A DNA stretch of 64,000 nucleotides. It comes from Nemertoderma westbladi. Its lineage: Eukaryota > Animalia > Xenacoelomorpha. The stretch covers positions 65,640 to 129,639 of the forward strand of contig JAUCBJ010006587.1 in NCBI GenBank assembly GCA_032718475.1. The letters are read 5' to 3'. Under the pieces are notes generated by a model, which was given only the letters and a program-made list of their open reading frames with translations, searched no databases and had not been told where the DNA came from. Positions 13,724 through 24,075 of the stretch are shown here, piece by piece. Positions within the stretch are counted from its first letter, which is position 1. Every line of letters begins with the position of its first letter. The position numbers and the translations under genes are program-made.

Positions 13724-15736
13724 TCAGTTATATTTAATATAAAGTAAACTGTTACTACGAGTTTCGTACAGAAAGAATCCACTATTATTATACATAGTAG
13801 CGATCCCACCGAACCCGTTTACTGGCACGGCACCCAATAGGGATACTTTAGTTCCGCTTCTATCGCCTTCATAAACCCCCAGATAATGATTCCCTTCTTC
13901 TTCTAGAGGAACTAAGAAATACCATGATTGATTCAGCAGTAGTTCCACCGCCCCAATAGGGATGGATTTACCCCAATCAAGAACGGATATCCTTCTATTC
14001 AATACGAGAGTAACGTTGGGTCCGGTGGCGGTAGCATTATAGCCACATATGGATAATTTATGTTCGTTAGGTTGGAATAATCCGACGATTAAATAGCCCA
14101 GTAAACCGCTGGCAAGAAGTTTCCCGGGTTCTTCGATACGGGATATCCATTCCTTAGAACAATCGCGTCGGTCCAGTTTAATCACGCAGTTGTTTGACGT
14201 TAGCAGATAATCACAATGGATACCGACCATAGGACCTATTGGTTGACCGCGGTATCTCTCTTTACCAAAACACAAATGTTTGACATCACCTCCGTCTGTG
14301 TTTATTACAAATACACATTCTTCCGTTGCGGCGATCCAGGTTTCCTTGGAGTAATTATCTAGAAACTTAATCTGTTTCTTTTCGGCGTTGCAGTCGGCTT
14401 CTAGAATAATAGGTTCACCACGTAGAGATAAAGAATCGTCGTAGTTGAATTCGTAAATATAAATCCTGTTAGTTAGGGAATCGGTTATCCCCAGGTTCCC
14501 ATGACAACCACCAATGGAACCGACTTTACCGATTCCCATTCTCCGACAGTCGATCCGACATGTTTCCTTTAGCGGCGGATCTCTTAATAAAATATCTTCG
14601 TATTGGTGGAGGTAAAAACGTTTCTCAACCTCCAGTTCTTCTACTGGAACCGCCATCTTCTCTCCTCCATCGCCGCTATCTATAATATCAACGCGGCCGG
14701 TAATCCCTTCCAGGTCCTTCTGTAACTCAACCGGAACGAAACGAATTTCCGGTACCTCTACAACTTCTATCTCAGAAATCCGCTGCTCGATTTCTTTGTA
14801 TTTCTTTAGAATCTTCTTGGCTTCTGCTATTTCTTTGATCAACTCGGAATTCTTTATCTTCTTATAATATTCGTTTTCTTCAGGAATTTCGATATTAGCG
14901 AGAATTTCCTGCGCTGCTGATATTTTTCCCGCCATTTTGGTATTTAAATCCCGGACCTGCTTCATCATTGTATCTTCGGCTGCTTTTAATTCGTTGTATA
15001 AATATTCGAAGTGTTTGCGGATGTCGTCGGTGGAAACTTTAGTGACGTCATCCAAATCCCCCAGAATTCCTTCCAACACTGTTAGTTTAGTCTCCAATCG
15101 AGTTCTCAACTTTCCGGGATCTTCTATTAAGTTTCGTCTGATTGAATTACAGACTTCGTTCGTATACCAGACCTCGTGATCTTTAGAAACATCGTCTACG
15201 GAATGGCATTGGCGACAAACAGTACATTCGCATTTCTCGCAATAATGGCGTTTGTTTAGACCGTGGGTTAGGCACAGATCGGGATCCGGTTCTTTAGATC
15301 CACCAACAGCTCCTTGTTTATCGAGATCTACGTCATTAGACCAGCATCCCGTCGGTTCTCCAGCTGCTCCCGAATTAGGTGGATTGGCGACACAGACGTG
15401 GTAAGGTTCGCACTTTCTGCACAATTCGATGTCGCAACGTTCGCAGGGATTCGTTCCTTTGTTTTTTCTGCACTCGTCGCATGTTTTTTCTTTTCGAATC
15501 ATATCAATCATGGTGACGACATGACTTACTGTCGGCAAAGAATCCAGTTTCTCTACCTCGGTGGGGTTCCGACAACGAGGACATTCCAACGAAAATCCAT
15601 CACCGCGTTGTTTAGAAAATTTTACGATACATTTGTAACAGAAACAGTGGGAGCAGTTGATCAAAAGTCGAGGCTGATGTAAAAGTCGTAGACATACGGA
15701 ACATTCGAACTCTCGTTCCAGTTGCTCCCGGTCCAT
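13724..15736 (-). CDS. TRIM (RBCC)-type E3 ubiquitin ligase, ~670 aa, with a divergent C-terminal domain (possibly NHL-like propeller)
   Basis: C3HC4 RING (CSVC...CSHCFCYKC...CPRC), B-box1 (CDEC..CERC..LCRKC..H), B-box2 (CLTH..YCEKC..VCRQC..H) and a coiled coil. First ATG is MDREQL at 15736; the track start at 15976 is a non-ATG extension. Confidence 0.88.
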   Translation of the reverse strand: MDREQLEREFECSVCLRLLHQPRLLINCSHCFCYKCIVKFSKQRGDGFSLECPRCRNPTEVEKLDSLPTVSHVVTMIDMIRKEKTCDECRKNKGTNPCERCDIELCRKCEPYHVCVANPPNSGAAGEPTGCWSNDVDLDKQGAVGGSKEPDPDLCLTHGLNKRHYCEKCECTVCRQCHSVDDVSKDHEVWYTNEVCNSIRRNLIEDPGKLRTRLETKLTVLEGILGDLDDVTKVSTDDIRKHFEYLYNELKAAEDTMMKQVRDLNTKMAGKISAAQEILANIEIPEENEYYKKIKNSELIKEIAEAKKILKKYKEIEQRISEIEVVEVPEIRFVPVELQKDLEGITGRVDIIDSGDGGEKMAVPVEELEVEKRFYLHQYEDILLRDPPLKETCRIDCRRMGIGKVGSIGGCHGNLGITDSLTNRIYIYEFNYDDSLSLRGEPIILEADCNAEKKQIKFLDNYSKETWIAATEECVFVINTDGGDVKHLCFGKERYRGQPIGPMVGIHCDYLLTSNNCVIKLDRRDCSKEWISRIEEPGKLLASGLLGYLIVGLFQPNEHKLSICGYNATATGPNVTLVLNRRISVLDWGKSIPIGAVELLLNQSWYFLVPLEEEGNHYLGVYEGDRSGTKVSLLGAVPVNGFGGIATMYNNSGFFLYETRSNSLLYIKYN

Positions 15737-16325
15737 TGCTGCAATGTGAATGAATGTAGTCTGGTTGTTCGGTACCGGTAACGGCAGAACGGTACTGCGG
15801 TAGTGCAGTAGTTGTGGTGTGCTGTGTGGTGTAGTACAGTCTGTACTGCAGTATATTTCTTCAGTACCGGTATGCAGGTATGGCAGGTAGCCTAATACCT
15901 GTAGGTCTAACACTGTAGGTCTAACAACTGTGGATAGTTTTGAGATGAGTCCTACTGACAGACTGAGTTGAGACAAACATTGGCAGACACTCGATCAATA
16001 CCGATTATTAGAGATGGGGGGACAACAACTGTACACAAATCCAATCTCGGCGAATTAATATTTAAATTAATTAAGTTAAATTCACTATTTAGGAAGAGGA
16101 GCAGGTTATTAGTGGCACTATATTCTAACCATAACAATAAATGAAACTCATTAGAACAGGTTAGAGGTTTTATTTTTGAGAGCAATTATCTGTTATTTGC
16201 GTCGAGTTTCCCCTGGAGAGAGATGTATATTTATTGATGATCTGATTAAGTGCGAAAATATCCCCCCTTGTTAAAAATTACAGAAATTTGTTTTTTTATT
16301 GCACCTAGAGGGGTAGCCTCCCTGC

Positions 16326-16412
16326 CCCCTGCCGGCGCCCCCCGCCGGCGCCCCCCGCCGGCGCCCCCCGCCGGCGCCTCCCGCCGGCGCCCCCCGCCGG
16401 CGCCCCCCGCCC
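16326..16412. repeat. GC-rich ~14-bp tandem repeat (cgccggcgcccccc)n
   Basis: About six units visible upstream of the TRIM gene. Confidence 0.8.
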
Positions 16413-16890
16413 CAAAATTCCTAAAATGTGGTATCGAAAAATAAAAATGGAAAATAACGGAGGAGTAGTCTTTTTAGTGAAATTTTTTAAATCATACAAA
16501 GGCCGCTAGGGGGCGCCAAAAAATATTATTTTTTCAAATTTTTATGTACTTTGATGATCCTCTTTTCTATGGTATCGTTTTCTATGCATTTTTCAACCAC
16601 ATTGGAGACATGCACAAAATAAGATAAAACCGTAGGGGAGATAAAACCCGTTAACCGTTTTTTGCAATTTTTTATTTATATGAAAGGTAATTTCATAAGC
16701 TTCAATAAATTTCGACTAGATTTCTTGATTCCATAATATTTCCCCATTTTTTAATGAAAAATTTGAAGAAACATGGGTTTTTCATTTTTTTTTTAATTTT
16801 AAATTATTTTTTACAAAATTGCCAATTATCAGAAATAGAAAATGAAAATACAAAATGTATCGCAAAATATATTAAGAATACGTACATTAT

Positions 16891-17100
16891 TTAAGAATGC
16901 TATGCCGGCTTGTCAACAAAGTTGCACCGTCACAATTCCCTCTCCCGCATGACATTCGCGAGATTATCCGCATCTTCAAGGCCAGTGTCCTTTAGGAGGC
17001 GTCTTCCGAAAGTAATGGGCCGTCCACCATGCTTATTTTCTCTATGAGGCTGCTAAACCTCAAGATTGTGCGCAGGCTGGTCCTCACGGCGAAAGCAATG
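16891..17100 (-). mobile_element. Degenerate 3' fragment of the same RTE LINE family as 24075-25999
   Basis: Reverse complement aligns with ~25753-25962 (cattgctttcgccgtgaggaccagcc...tgttgacaagccggca). Confidence 0.85.
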
Positions 17101-18850
17101 ATATGTTAACCAAGCTTTCATGTACTGCATATACAGCCTATATACAGTTATACTGTAAGTCTGGAGTTCTGAGAGCCATTTATTGCAAAAAAAATCGTTT
17201 GTTTGGGATTTATTCTTTGTTAGTTTTACATTAAATTTGACATCCTGGGGAATTTATCCCCGCCTTGTAATAAGACTGAGACCGGGCTCTGTCTAGGCTC
17301 CCACTTGTCGGATGTCCTTATCCCAGTATGGTTTGATCGTTACCTTGTCTGTCTGGTGTTGGTTGTTGTTCGTACTGATGTAAGACTTCAAAGACTGTTT
17401 TGCTGCCAATGCTAACTGTATACAGAAATCTTATAATTTTATCAGATTATCATTCAATTTCAGTGCATATAATATTTGTACTTCACGTGTATTGAATAGC
17501 CCATAAAGTTGTTTATATGTTGCCTAACAACAGTTGTGGTATTACTGAACTCTTATTGGTAACTACCGAAGCCGGTGTTTCTTACGTCTTATTGGCTCTT
17601 CTATTTCACTGAGCCTTGCTTGTACCTTATATAATCAGTGCCCACCTTGACACTATAGGCTTAACCTGATATCATATTCAGGTACTTTACATCGTTTTTA
17701 TAGCCTAGCGAGCCACGTTAGTTACAACGGCTTGCAATATAATTGCTTATCACTTATTACTTGCAACTTATCGCTTGTCATTGCAATTTAACATCTTATT
17801 GCTTATTATTTGCATTTACTATTATTGCATTACTTGCTAATGAATATATTGGACCAGAGATCAAACCAACTCGATTTCCACATGGTGAGTGCATATTGCG
17901 CCCTGTCTGTAATAGTATTCGGTTCATTTAATGCGAGTGTGTGTGCCTATAGTACTGCAATATTATTCCCAACTAGTAAATATCATTTACTAACAATGCA
18001 AGTGATACGAGTAAACTGTGCGCTTATCACGCACTAGGCCAACGTAGTGTCCTACCTGTGATATATGTAAGTCATACGTACATTTACTAGCCAACAACAC
18101 AATATAACGGAACGGTTTACACGTAACTATCGCACCCCTTTGAAGCAGTTTGAAGCAGGCGGAGGCTTTATACTTACAGTAACTAATTCTAGATCTCGTT
18201 AAGATATATATATTAGATAATATATATATATACCTCCACGCTTTCGTGAGTGTTCCTGCTGTGTGGCAGGTATCCCAAGGCATAGATAGCACTCATAAGA
18301 ACTACATAAATACTTGCTAGGCATCTTCAGGTTAGCCTGCCATAAACGCCTTGACAGACTGCGTATCTTCGTAGTTCGCTACTTACTTCCAAACATCTGA
18401 GATTATTTATCCTGCGGTGACCAGAATTTATCCTTCAGTATAATTAATTGGCTCAAAATAAAAACATTAAGTAATTCTCGTTGCGTTTTCGAACCATTGA
18501 GTTGCGCCAAAGTTTCTTTGCGTTGCGTATTTTCCTTGATGCCCATTTTGATGCTAAATTAATTAATAATTACCAACGTTATTACTGGTCTAGAATAATT
18601 AATGCGAATTCAACAGAATGAACCTCTATCTCGTTGATTGGATAAATAATTTTACCTCCAGTTTTGGAATATTGTTCGGAATTACTTTATTATTCTGCAA
18701 TGCGGATATTAAAGTCTTTATTTTATGAATTATATAAATAATTATGATGCAATCATCCTATTATCTCTATTCTGTATTCTCCTATGACTCGCATATGTTT
18801 TAGGTAATTATAACTTATACCGGTCCTATATACTTTCAGTTTCTACACTC

Positions 18851-20002
18851 TGTAAAGGCTTTTGCGTAATTAGCCGGTTATTTTCCCCGTAAAGTACTCT
18901 GTAGTTGGTTTAACCGGCATAAAAGGCCGTGTCCTTACTGTATTGTTGTTTTAGAGGACATAAAAGCCATTTCTTCTGTATGTGTACTTTAGCGGACATG
19001 ATTAGCAATTCTATGACGCAATAAGCCGGATCCTCTTGAAACAGTGTAGATACCATGACGACGGCTAACAGCTGATATTGCCACGTAGAACATCTCTTTG
19101 TTCTTTGTTCTCTCTTTGATCGGTCGACCAATCAGAGCGTTTTTTGCCTCTGTGTTGGAGATGGTATATAGAAACTAGGGAAGTGAGTCAGTATGTGAAT
19201 TCTTCCACAGCCTACAACACCGGCGTGGAACCTACGTGTTTCAGTCTTTAGTTCAACATTAGTAGGCTTAATTATAGAACGTATATCCGTTATCTAATCT
19301 TATTAACTATCCATAACTTAATCATTCATACCTTAACATTACTGCTTTTGCTGTCGGCTATTCATTATATTTGTTGATGGAACATTATATTTGGAATACT
19401 GATAAACAATCAGACACCCCAATCTTCTTGATATACTAAAGGTTAGAGAGACCGGATACATATAACGATTGCGACTTACATTAAGTGGTTTGAAGTGAAT
19501 CTAATGCTATTTTATAGGCCCTACACGTATTGTCTGTTGTTCTCCTTATATGTGACTAAAATTAGTGAAGGTCGGCAGATTAGTGTGCAGCATTGTGCAG
19601 TATTGTGTATGATTGTGATTGATAACGAAGCATCTCCTAAAGAATGCGCCATATACGTGAATCTATAGCCATCCCGTTGTGTCTGGTTTAAGTCATAACT
19701 CTGTTTATATATTTAGAGCGCCACGTCCTAAAGGAACTGTTAATATTTCCCGAAAGTGAATAATATTTGTCAGAGATTATATATATTAAGATCAGTCGAA
19801 TAATACAGTAGGCCTATCCCGCAATACGATTAGGCTTCCGAATCTAGTCTCCTGGGTATATCCAGCGGGTGAATGATCGCGCATAGACTGGTTTCGGCTA
19901 ATGTAGTGTATCAAATATTTGTCGTAGGCTAAAGACTATCTATTATCTAGAAGACATCCTAATTTGGCAGGTTAAACTGCTAAAGGTCTGAAAGCGCGAA
20001 CA
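18851..20002 (+). repeat. 5' LTR of element A (1152 bp)
   Basis: Near-identical to 31475-32346 plus 44299-44578. Starts TGTAAAGG, ends GCGAACA. Confidence 0.95.
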
Positions 20003-20014
20003 ATAACGGATATA
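20003..20014 (+). promoter_or_regulatory. Non-tRNA primer-binding-site position of A (ATAACGGATATA)
   Basis: Immediately follows the LTR, has no TGG, and is the perfect complement of LTR 19282-19293. Repeated at 20072-20083 and 20139-20150. Confidence 0.75.
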
Positions 20015-21245
20015 AAGTTCGGATTGCAGGGTAGGCAATAAATACAGTTTAATATTGTTCTGGTAAGAACAATAACGGATATATGTCTAATTGCAGGGTA
20101 GGCAATAAATACAGTTTAATATTGTTCTGGTAAGAACAATAACGGATATAGCTTCTGTATTGCAGTAGGCAATAAAGCTGAAGTACCGGCAACCGGTACC
20201 CAGTAGGCCTGACTACCTAACCACCCAGACCGGTACCTACAGCAGTACAGGTATAGCAGTATTATTCGATTTGATAGTTATATACTGGTAGGCCTTAATA
20301 TTGAATCAGGGAGGGCCCGCCCTGGTTTTTTATTAAGATTTTACTTATTTCTGTCAAGTTTTATTTATTTGTAGGCCAATATTGAGCAGAAGGCGTGTAA
20401 GCCTGCTCAGATTGTACAGATAATTTGTAGGCTTGACTGTTGTCTAACTGTTGTTAAGTCTGATCGGATTGCAGTGTGTGTAGAGCATCTGTCTGATAAA
20501 GTGCTAGTTAGGAACGTAGGGGCTTCAAGTGCTGTGAGGTAAACCCCCTTTGAAAGAATAAGTCGTACTACTATGGTACGACTACTACTAGTCGTACTAC
20601 TAGGCACGTTGGTTCTGGTAGACCGCGGTAATTAACTTCTAGGTAGGAACACTCCGTGATACATAACGTAGTACTTATAGCGATACGGCTATAAGTCGTC
20701 AGACGGTGGTATTTTCCTATCTGGACAACGCAGTATATTTACTACTACTTATTATTTTCAAATACCGTAGTACCCTGTCCGTTGTAATAACCAGATATTC
20801 TAACCCTTTGTTAGGCTGGTTAGTAGACTTCTTGTAAAATTACCCTAAAAATTCGTATTTGTGTATTTGTAATTTTTTTTGTGTTTATTTAGAGATTGTA
20901 ATCTCAACCCGAATTGTACGTAATTTGTAATATTAAGTAACTTAGGTAAATTAGAATTATTTGTTTTAGTGTCCAACAAGTAGCACTTCATTGAGAGCGC
21001 ACAGCTTCTGTGTAGTGACTCCCCCCAGAAATAATAACATTTATTTCAAATATTGACAAAAACCCATTTTAACGGGTATATATATTATAAATCAACTTAA
21101 ACGATTTATAAAATAGTAGGCCTGCCATACAACAATTAGGTCTCAATATCAGTTGGACTACTGCTTAAATAACGGTAATAAAGTAAGTTAAAGTAACCAA
21201 GTAACCCTTAAAATTCAGAAATTCAATTATTCTAAAATAATTGAC

Positions 21246-21496
21246 ATACCGGTATTTACAATAGGCTTATTATATTTATTTCTATAAATTTTAGGCTGAA
21301 ATTATACCGGTATTCTGTAATTAATTCTAGTTAATAATTATACTTATATATACTATAAGTGTAAACTGCATACCGGTATTCACGATAGGCCTATTATATA
21401 TTTATATATACTTGTGCTGAAAGTACATACCGGTATTCTGTGACAAATCTAGTCTGTGACAATACTTATATATATATACTATAAGCATACCGGTAT
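21246..21496. repeat. Five ATACCGGTAT palindromes at ~60-bp spacing in the 5' leader of A
   Basis: Copies at 21246, 21304, 21370, 21427, 21487. Equivalent arrays in B (~34808-35051) and C (~58442-58690). Confidence 0.8.
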
Positions 21497-21633
21497 TCTA
21501 ATATATTATATATATATCACGCTACACTGAGTAGCAGTATCGGTAATTAATTACTAGGCTAGCAGTTAATACTGAATTACTAGACTTGCTTAGACTGTAA
21601 TATAGCAGTAGGCATTCAACTGTGCAAACAAAC

Positions 21634-24075
21634 ATGTCTGATACTAAGCAGAACCTGTCAGACAGTTTATTAGATGTAACTATCTGCGACTCAGATAGGG
21701 GTGTAGAACCGTCTAGACCTAAGTTCAGTTCACCTCCCACTGTGAGGAAGGTCATCCCTCCTGTAGTAATTTCAGACCCTAGGCTAGTCCAACATCGTAG
21801 GTCTATCATAGGCACTCGAGCTCAGGTCAAGCGGGACCAAGAAGCAGCGGAACAGCAACAACTCGCGAGCCAAGAACTTATTTCTCAACGGTCCGACAGC
21901 TCCAGTAGTGAGGATACTGTAGAGCTGACACCCGAGCGCGGAGCAAAGATGACGGATGCGGTTTATTCAGATCCCCTACTCATCCTTCCTGCAGCCGTAC
22001 TCACTAGGTTATTGATTGCGGTGGAAGAACACCAGATCGATTGGGCGAGAAGTAAGCGATCGACTAAAGATAGTTATGCGGGATATACAAGGGAAGAACT
22101 GAAGTCTATTGTCGAGTCGCAATGGAACTTCCCCGGACCCGGACTCCCGTTTGATTTATCAGAAGCTGCCTGGGAAGATATACACAGGATGGGAGTAACC
22201 AAGGAAACCGTCGATCCAGCTGTGTGGAAGAGGTCCGCAGCCGGATACGTACAGGGATTCGTAAGCTCTATGGAGCGAGTAGAAAAACAACTGTTTCAAC
22301 AACCCCAAGGACCTCAAGAGCAGGGACAACTGCTTTATCAAGTTAGAGAAAGAATTCTACGAATCAGGCTAATCTTATCAGCCTTTGAGGAGGCTTCTAA
22401 AAGAAGACAAGACACGTCGTTGCAAGTTGCCGTAAAGACTTGGTTTCAACGGGTGAGCCTCCAAGTGCAGGGAACGACTCAGTGGAAAGCCCAACTGGAT
22501 GAGCGCTCAACCCATGGAGAATCAACAGACGCTACTTTTTCCCAAGTGGAAAGTGAAGCGACGGCAGAGAAGCCGCATAAGAGGGATGCCATTGACATCT
22601 ATCTGTCGGACTATCAACGTTTTGTAGGAGATGAAGAGTTGAGGAGAAGACTAGAGGGGCTTAGCCCTAATAGTGAAGGAGCCCAGCGTGTGTTGGACGC
22701 AATCGATGTGGATAGGTTAGCTGCGAACCAAGCTAAATTCAATGAAAGCATCCGCATCGCTAAGGTTCAAGAAGAACAAGTAAAGAAAAAACGTATAGAA
22801 GACAGAAAGATAGCAGCAGTGGCAGCAGCAGTGGCAGCGGCAGAAGCGGAAAGAAAGGCTGTAGAAGCGGAAAGAAAAGCAGCCGAAGTGGAAAGAAAAG
22901 CGGCAGCGGCAGAGGCAGAAGCGGAAAGAAAAGCAGCCGAAGTGGAAAGAAAAGCGGCAGAGGCAGTGGCAGAAGCAGAACGAAAGGCGTCTGAAGAGAC
23001 TGCCCAACTAGAGTTGGAAAATCTTCAAGAGAAGCAAGACAACTTTAATAAACAGTTAACAGCTAGTAATATGCAGATGATGAATCGATCTACTCCCAAA
23101 AGGCAAGGTTATACATCATCTGAGGAAGGCGATACCACAGATCAGGAAGGCGGAGGAAATCGATCTCGCCTAAGCAGACGTAAAAGAATGTCCCACCGTC
23201 AGAAATTGCCTGATTTGCCCCCAGCTGTTCGAAGGCAACTAAATAACACAAATTTAGGTAGTACAGAACCCACAGACCAAATAATTAAAATAGAAAGACT
23301 CCCTACTATAGTAGACGAGCCTGAAATAATTAGGCCTGTTCTTGAAATCACCCCTTCGGTGATAGAGACACCTGTACTCCCAGAACCTACCTTTAAATTC
23401 CCTTTACACAGCACCAAATTATCTGTGCCTAGAGGAACAGCCCCTGAAACAGTGTCGGTCCTGGACTCCGAGCGAAATATAAAGGATATATCGCCCGTAG
23501 TCCCTCGTCTGCCCGCTACGACGTTGGCGGATCCTGCTTCGGCGGTTGATTGGGTAGACGAGAGACGGCGGGGGATGGATATTCTCCTCGGAAAGATGGA
23601 GGAGAATCGAGTGCGCTCCTCCCAACAGGTCCGAGAGTTAGAAGGGACTGTTCAACAGTTAAAGGGAACCGTAAAGGAAAGTAGGTTAGAGTTGCAAGAA
23701 GTGCAGCAAAGTATCGCGCTAGAACGCGATAAATTAGTAAATTTACAAAAGGGTATACCACCACCCCCGGTAACAATGTGTCAACCTGTTAGGTCTGAAG
23801 TATCTCATGCGCAAGGTGTGGAGCCTACACGCATATATACTGCTAGCGAAGTAGAAACTCCTATAGTGAACCCTATTAAGGGTAATTATAGACCTGTTGA
23901 TAATGATATTCCCTATAGACCTGATCATAATCCGAGAAATTTATATACCGATAACTCGATATTAAATAACACGATGGCCCAAGAAAGTTTTACGCGTCAA
24001 ATGGCTAGAACCGAAGCCCGCCAAGCGGTAAAGGTGGGAGAGATAGTCAAGTTCAATGGAGATGAGATGAAATGA
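21634..24075 (+). CDS. gag: Element A Gag N-terminal part (coiled-coil, AEAERK repeats), truncated by LINE insertion
   Basis: Homologous to the N-terminal part of ORF 35188-38724. The stop is created at the insertion junction (TGG to TGA). Confidence 0.85.
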   Translation: MSDTKQNLSDSLLDVTICDSDRGVEPSRPKFSSPPTVRKVIPPVVISDPRLVQHRRSIIGTRAQVKRDQEAAEQQQLASQELISQRSDSSSSEDTVELTPERGAKMTDAVYSDPLLILPAAVLTRLLIAVEEHQIDWARSKRSTKDSYAGYTREELKSIVESQWNFPGPGLPFDLSEAAWEDIHRMGVTKETVDPAVWKRSAAGYVQGFVSSMERVEKQLFQQPQGPQEQGQLLYQVRERILRIRLILSAFEEASKRRQDTSLQVAVKTWFQRVSLQVQGTTQWKAQLDERSTHGESTDATFSQVESEATAEKPHKRDAIDIYLSDYQRFVGDEELRRRLEGLSPNSEGAQRVLDAIDVDRLAANQAKFNESIRIAKVQEEQVKKKRIEDRKIAAVAAAVAAAEAERKAVEAERKAAEVERKAAAAEAEAERKAAEVERKAAEAVAEAERKASEETAQLELENLQEKQDNFNKQLTASNMQMMNRSTPKRQGYTSSEEGDTTDQEGGGNRSRLSRRKRMSHRQKLPDLPPAVRRQLNNTNLGSTEPTDQIIKIERLPTIVDEPEIIRPVLEITPSVIETPVLPEPTFKFPLHSTKLSVPRGTAPETVSVLDSERNIKDISPVVPRLPATTLADPASAVDWVDERRRGMDILLGKMEENRVRSSQQVRELEGTVQQLKGTVKESRLELQEVQQSIALERDKLVNLQKGIPPPPVTMCQPVRSEVSHAQGVEPTRIYTASEVETPIVNPIKGNYRPVDNDIPYRPDHNPRNLYTDNSILNNTMAQESFTRQMARTEARQAVKVGEIVKFNGDEMK

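Noticed and set aside
17266-18356. Possible solo LTR of another family (TGTAA...TGACA, end faintly like the A LTR end)
   Set aside because: No matching TSD at those ends and no second copy in the window. The cgccttg direct repeat (17261, 18347) may be chance.
18910-19131. Short ORFs repeated in LTRs (also 31534, 32576, 43355, 48336, 60193)
   Set aside because: Identical only because the LTRs are duplicated; not conserved between LTR subfamilies.
18851-20002. Hammerhead ribozyme in the LTR (retrozyme-like)
   Set aside because: No CUGANGA...GAAA core with flanking stems found by eye. An Infernal search would be needed to exclude other ribozyme classes.
19998-20180. CRISPR-like repeat-spacer mini-array or mini-introns (GTAAGA...TTGCAG)
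   Set aside because: Variable parts are only ~10 nt and mutually related. A PBS-cassette duplication explains it better, and splicing cannot be supported from sequence alone.
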